DNA of 61,637 nt, filler included, from Candidatus Woesearchaeota archaeon (GTDB lineage Archaea > Nanobdellota > Nanobdellia > SCGC-AAA011-G17 > CAYFGV01), in NCBI GenBank assembly GCA_964342845.1. It is 5 parts of 5 records of this genome, joined end to end, with 100 filler letters (N's around TTAATTAATTAA, not from the genome) between each part and the next. Parts side by side here need not be neighbours in the genome. Positions count along the whole stretch, not along the records: positions 51,749 to 61,637 come from CAYFGV010000021.1; 4 more parts are not named here. One strand, given 5' to 3'. A model generated the notes under the pieces. That model worked only from the letters and a program-made list of their open reading frames with translations, ran no database searches and was not told the origin of the DNA. Shown here piece after piece: positions 58,632-61,637 of the stretch (the stretch's first letter is position 1; every line of letters begins with the position of its first letter). Both the position numbers and the translations under genes were made by a program.

Positions 58632-59897
58632 CTACTTTCTAACAGTTTTTACCAAAGTAGACAAATTAACAAACTTTTCTTTCCCTGTAACCATATCTCT
58701 TAATTTCAACTTACCTTTTTTCAATTCTTCAGCCCCAACAAAAACAACAAACTTAATGCCTAACTTATCAGCATAATCCAAATTCTTGCTAATACCACGA
58801 CCAATCAGATCAATGTCAGCTTTAACACCTTTAGCCCTCAATTCAGAAACAATCTTAAAACTCTCTTTAACAGTCTTAATAGGAATAACATAAACATCAG
58901 CTAAAGATCTCTTACTCTCAAAACCTTCTAGTTTCATAGCTTCAACAATAACATCCAAACCAAAACTTATACCAACAGCAGGATAATCTCCTCTGCCCAA
59001 ATACATTCCAATCATATCATCAAATCTTCCACCACCACAAATAGAGCTCTTAATTTTACTATCATATAAAAACCCTTCAAAAACAGTTCCAGTATAATAA
59101 CCTAATCCTCTTGCCAAACTTAAATTTAAAACAACATTTTCTTTCTTACCAAAATACTTAAACAACTCTTTTAGTTCTTCCAAACCTTCAACACCTAATG
59201 AATTATTAACTTCAACATCTTTCAAATTCTTAACACTAAAAACTTTAACTATTTCTTTAATAACATCATCAGTAACACCTTTAGCTTTTAACTCTTCTTT
59301 AACACCACTAACCCCTATTTTCTTCAACTTATCAACAGTAATTATAACCCTATCTAAGTTCTTCTTACTAACACCACAATCCAACAACAAACCTTGTAAC
59401 AACTTCCTATTATTAACTTCTATATAAGCATCAAATTTCATTTTAGAAAAAAAATCTAAAGATAATTTAATTAATTCAACATCAGCCAACATATTTTTAG
59501 TTCCAACAACATCAACATCACACTGAACAAACTCTCTAAATCTCCCCAACTTTATAGGACCATCCCGATAAACCTCTCCAATCTGATATCTTTTAAAAGG
59601 CATTTTCAACTGAGGATTCATTCCAACAAATCTTGCAAAAGGCACAGTTAAATCAAACCTTAAACCTAAATCTCTTTTACCTTGATCTTTAAGCTTAAAA
59701 ACTTCTTTCATAACATCAGAACCCTGTCCAGCAGCAAACTTAGCTCCTAGAACATCAAAACTCTCTACTAAAGGAGTCTGCAAAGGAGCATAACCATACA
59801 GCTCAAAAACTTTAATTAATTCCTTAACTACCTTATCTCTCAATAACTTCTCTTCAGGACCTAAATCCCTCATCCCTCTTGGTGTTTTAAGTTCCAT
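58632..59897 (-). CDS. hisS: Histidine--tRNA ligase
   Basis: PRGMRD, LRFDLTVP, GRFREFVQCDVD, ARGLGYYTG, GGGRFD. Confidence 0.98.
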   Translation of the reverse strand: MELKTPRGMRDLGPEEKLLRDKVVKELIKVFELYGYAPLQTPLVESFDVLGAKFAAGQGSDVMKEVFKLKDQGKRDLGLRFDLTVPFARFVGMNPQLKMPFKRYQIGEVYRDGPIKLGRFREFVQCDVDVVGTKNMLADVELIKLSLDFFSKMKFDAYIEVNNRKLLQGLLLDCGVSKKNLDRVIITVDKLKKIGVSGVKEELKAKGVTDDVIKEIVKVFSVKNLKDVEVNNSLGVEGLEELKELFKYFGKKENVVLNLSLARGLGYYTGTVFEGFLYDSKIKSSICGGGRFDDMIGMYLGRGDYPAVGISFGLDVIVEAMKLEGFESKRSLADVYVIPIKTVKESFKIVSELRAKGVKADIDLIGRGISKNLDYADKLGIKFVVFVGAEELKKGKLKLRDMVTGKEKFVNLSTLVKTVRK

Positions 59898-59907
59898 TTT
59901 TAAAAAG

Positions 59908-59983
59908 GGTAGACGGCGGGATTTGAACCCGCGATCTCAAGCTCCACAGGCTTGCATGTTAACCAGGCTACACAACGCCTACC
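59908..59983 (-). tRNA. tRNA-His(GUG) with encoded G-1 and C73
   Basis: Reverse complement G-GTAGGCG TTGTGTAGCCTGGTTAACATG CAAGC-CTGTGGA-GCTTG AGATC GCGGG TTCAAAT CCCGC CGTCTAC-C. Confidence 0.95.
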
Positions 59984-60150
59984 ATTAAAGATAAATCTAT
60001 CTACCTCCTTTATATTATTTTTGATAGAGTTTAAACTAGAAAAAGCTTTCCTAACAATGAATACAACCACCACTTGTTATCGATTTCATCTTAAAATTAA
60101 GTTAATTTAAGCATTTAAAAAGGTTTCGATATAACAAAAAAAATAATAAA

Positions 60151-61637
60151 CTAAACTTCCTCTAAAATATTATCATTCATCTTATCTCCATCAGAAGTCA
60201 AACATAAACTACTATAATCTGAATTACACTTGTTATCACAAGCAGTAGAAGTAATAAGACTACTATCCACTAAAAAACCATAATTACTTTGAGCAATAAT
60301 CTTCCAGTCACTACATCTTTTATCTACATCTTCATCATACAAACAATATCCATAATTATTAGAACTATCATCCTTAACACCACATAAGAAATATTTTCCA
60401 GACGCAACCTTTTCTTCAGTATTACTAATAGAATATGTCTCACTAAAAGAACTATATCCACTAACTTCCGGAACAACCTCAACAATTAATTCTTCACCCT
60501 CTCCAAAAACATTAACAAAACTATCACTATTAGTCTTACATTTAACACCTTCAATTTCAAATTCAACATCATAACCGTCAACAACACAATCACTTAACTC
60601 TTGATCAAACTCCAACTCAACAGCATACAAACCACCTGTTTCAACTTCCAAATCATCAAAAGAGTCATAAGTTTCACTCCCTAAAACAAGACTAACTAAA
60701 TTCAACTTTTTTTTCTCTTCACCACAAACACTAGTATCATCAAAATTACCAGGCTCACAATCAACACCTTCAAAAACTTTAGTACCTACAGGAATACTTT
60801 CCCAAGCATAAACACAATCATCATCTTCAATCTCCTCACCACTACAAACGTCACTATATTCACCACCATCACAAAAAACATAACAAGTATCTTCATCACC
60901 ATAATTATCACCAACTAACTCAGAAGCAGTATCACCTGACCCAAAAACATGAGAACTCTCTAAAATATCATCTCCTCCGGTATCCATAGTACCACTAGTA
61001 TCACCACTCTTCCTCTCATCAGCAGCCTCCTTAGCTTCATCCTCATATTCTTTAACAATTTCATCACAATAACTATCTAAAACACTTAACTTACTCTGAT
61101 CAAACTCAAAACTTTTCAAAGGAGTGTCACTAGGCAAGGCAGGATTACTACCAAATTTATATTCTAAAGCATTACAAAACAAATCTCCATCACTATCTTC
61201 AGAAGCACCGTCATCATAAACACCATAAGTCTTCTCCCAGGAATCACTAAGACCATTTTCATTAACATCATCAAAAGTTGATATAGCACCAAAAGGATCA
61301 TAACCATCTAAATTAGGTTGCAAAGGACTCAACCCATCTATATTTGAACAATAAGTCCTTCCTCTAAAAGTCAAACATTGCGTATCAGCATTACAATCAC
61401 TTACCTCATAAACATTATTTTGAACCATTTCACCTTCAGCAACAGAACCACTAGCAATCCTAGCAATACAATCTTGACCATAATTAACATTATCTTTTTC
61501 ACCAGCCCAAACACCAGTCAAATAAATACTATAACTACTCGTACCATAACTTTCACCAGTTCCAGCATAAATCTGATAAAAAACATCATAAGAATAACTC
61601 TTAACTATTTTCTCATCACCATCCCAATCATAATCAT
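60151..61637 (-). CDS. Large acidic Cys-rich surface protein with TSP3-like Ca-binding motifs (5' part beyond the window)
   Basis: Frame is open to the window edge; DVNENGLSDSWE...DSDGDLFCNALEYKFGSNP; many cysteines. Confidence 0.7.
   Translation of the reverse strand, partial: DYDWDGDEKIVKSYSYDVFYQIYAGTGESYGTSSYSIYLTGVWAGEKDNVNYGQDCIARIASGSVAEGEMVQNNVYEVSDCNADTQCLTFRGRTYCSNIDGLSPLQPNLDGYDPFGAISTFDDVNENGLSDSWEKTYGVYDDGASEDSDGDLFCNALEYKFGSNPALPSDTPLKSFEFDQSKLSVLDSYCDEIVKEYEDEAKEAADERKSGDTSGTMDTGGDDILESSHVFGSGDTASELVGDNYGDEDTCYVFCDGGEYSDVCSGEEIEDDDCVYAWESIPVGTKVFEGVDCEPGNFDDTSVCGEEKKKLNLVSLVLGSETYDSFDDLEVETGGLYAVELEFDQELSDCVVDGYDVEFEIEGVKCKTNSDSFVNVFGEGEELIVEVVPEVSGYSSFSETYSISNTEEKVASGKYFLCGVKDDSSNNYGYCLYDEDVDKRCSDWKIIAQSNYGFLVDSSLITSTACDNKCNSDYSSLCLTSDGDKMNDNILEEV

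Overview
AT-rich archaeal DNA whose gene content suggests a DPANN lineage, probably Woesearchaeota-like. The evidence is split RNAP subunits B''/B'/A'/A'', GINS15-L44e-S27e-aIF2alpha, Cbf5, EndA, Dph5 and DTD2, plus several bacterial-type genes. The window is five contigs joined by artificial 100-nt N/TTAATTAATTAA/N linkers: 1-14056, 14157-27614, 27715-40297, 40398-51648 and 51749-61637. Two exact 55-bp end overlaps give the true adjacencies. 40243-40297 equals 14157-14211 and rebuilds an intact 273-aa XerA-like recombinase; 14002-14056 equals 51749-51803 and rebuilds a 395-aa membrane-anchored mini-RHS protein. Most of the window is housekeeping (RNAP operon, three aminoacyl-tRNA synthetases, RNA modification, two tRNAs). 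The standout locus is about 14.3-18.2 kb plus 39.4-40.3 kb. It has a dif-like 28-bp site overlapping the xerA start codon, and two coiled-coil/winged-helix genes each associated with its own array of co-oriented repeats. One array has 16 copies of TGTCGR, with an 11-bp-phased core inside the gene; the other is a degenerate GTKWACGYAWA family. An AT-rich tract lies between the arrays and a PD-(D/E)XK nuclease gene follows. This resembles an iteron/initiator-type (plasmid or lambda-O-like) origin or partition locus next to a dimer-resolution site, and it is my best candidate for an undescribed system; the function is inference. Other notable items are a long RelA/SpoT homolog in an archaeon, a PyrB-PyrI fusion, a RadC/SPASM chimera marking a foreign cassette, tRNA-His abutting hisS, and a protamine-like repeat protein.
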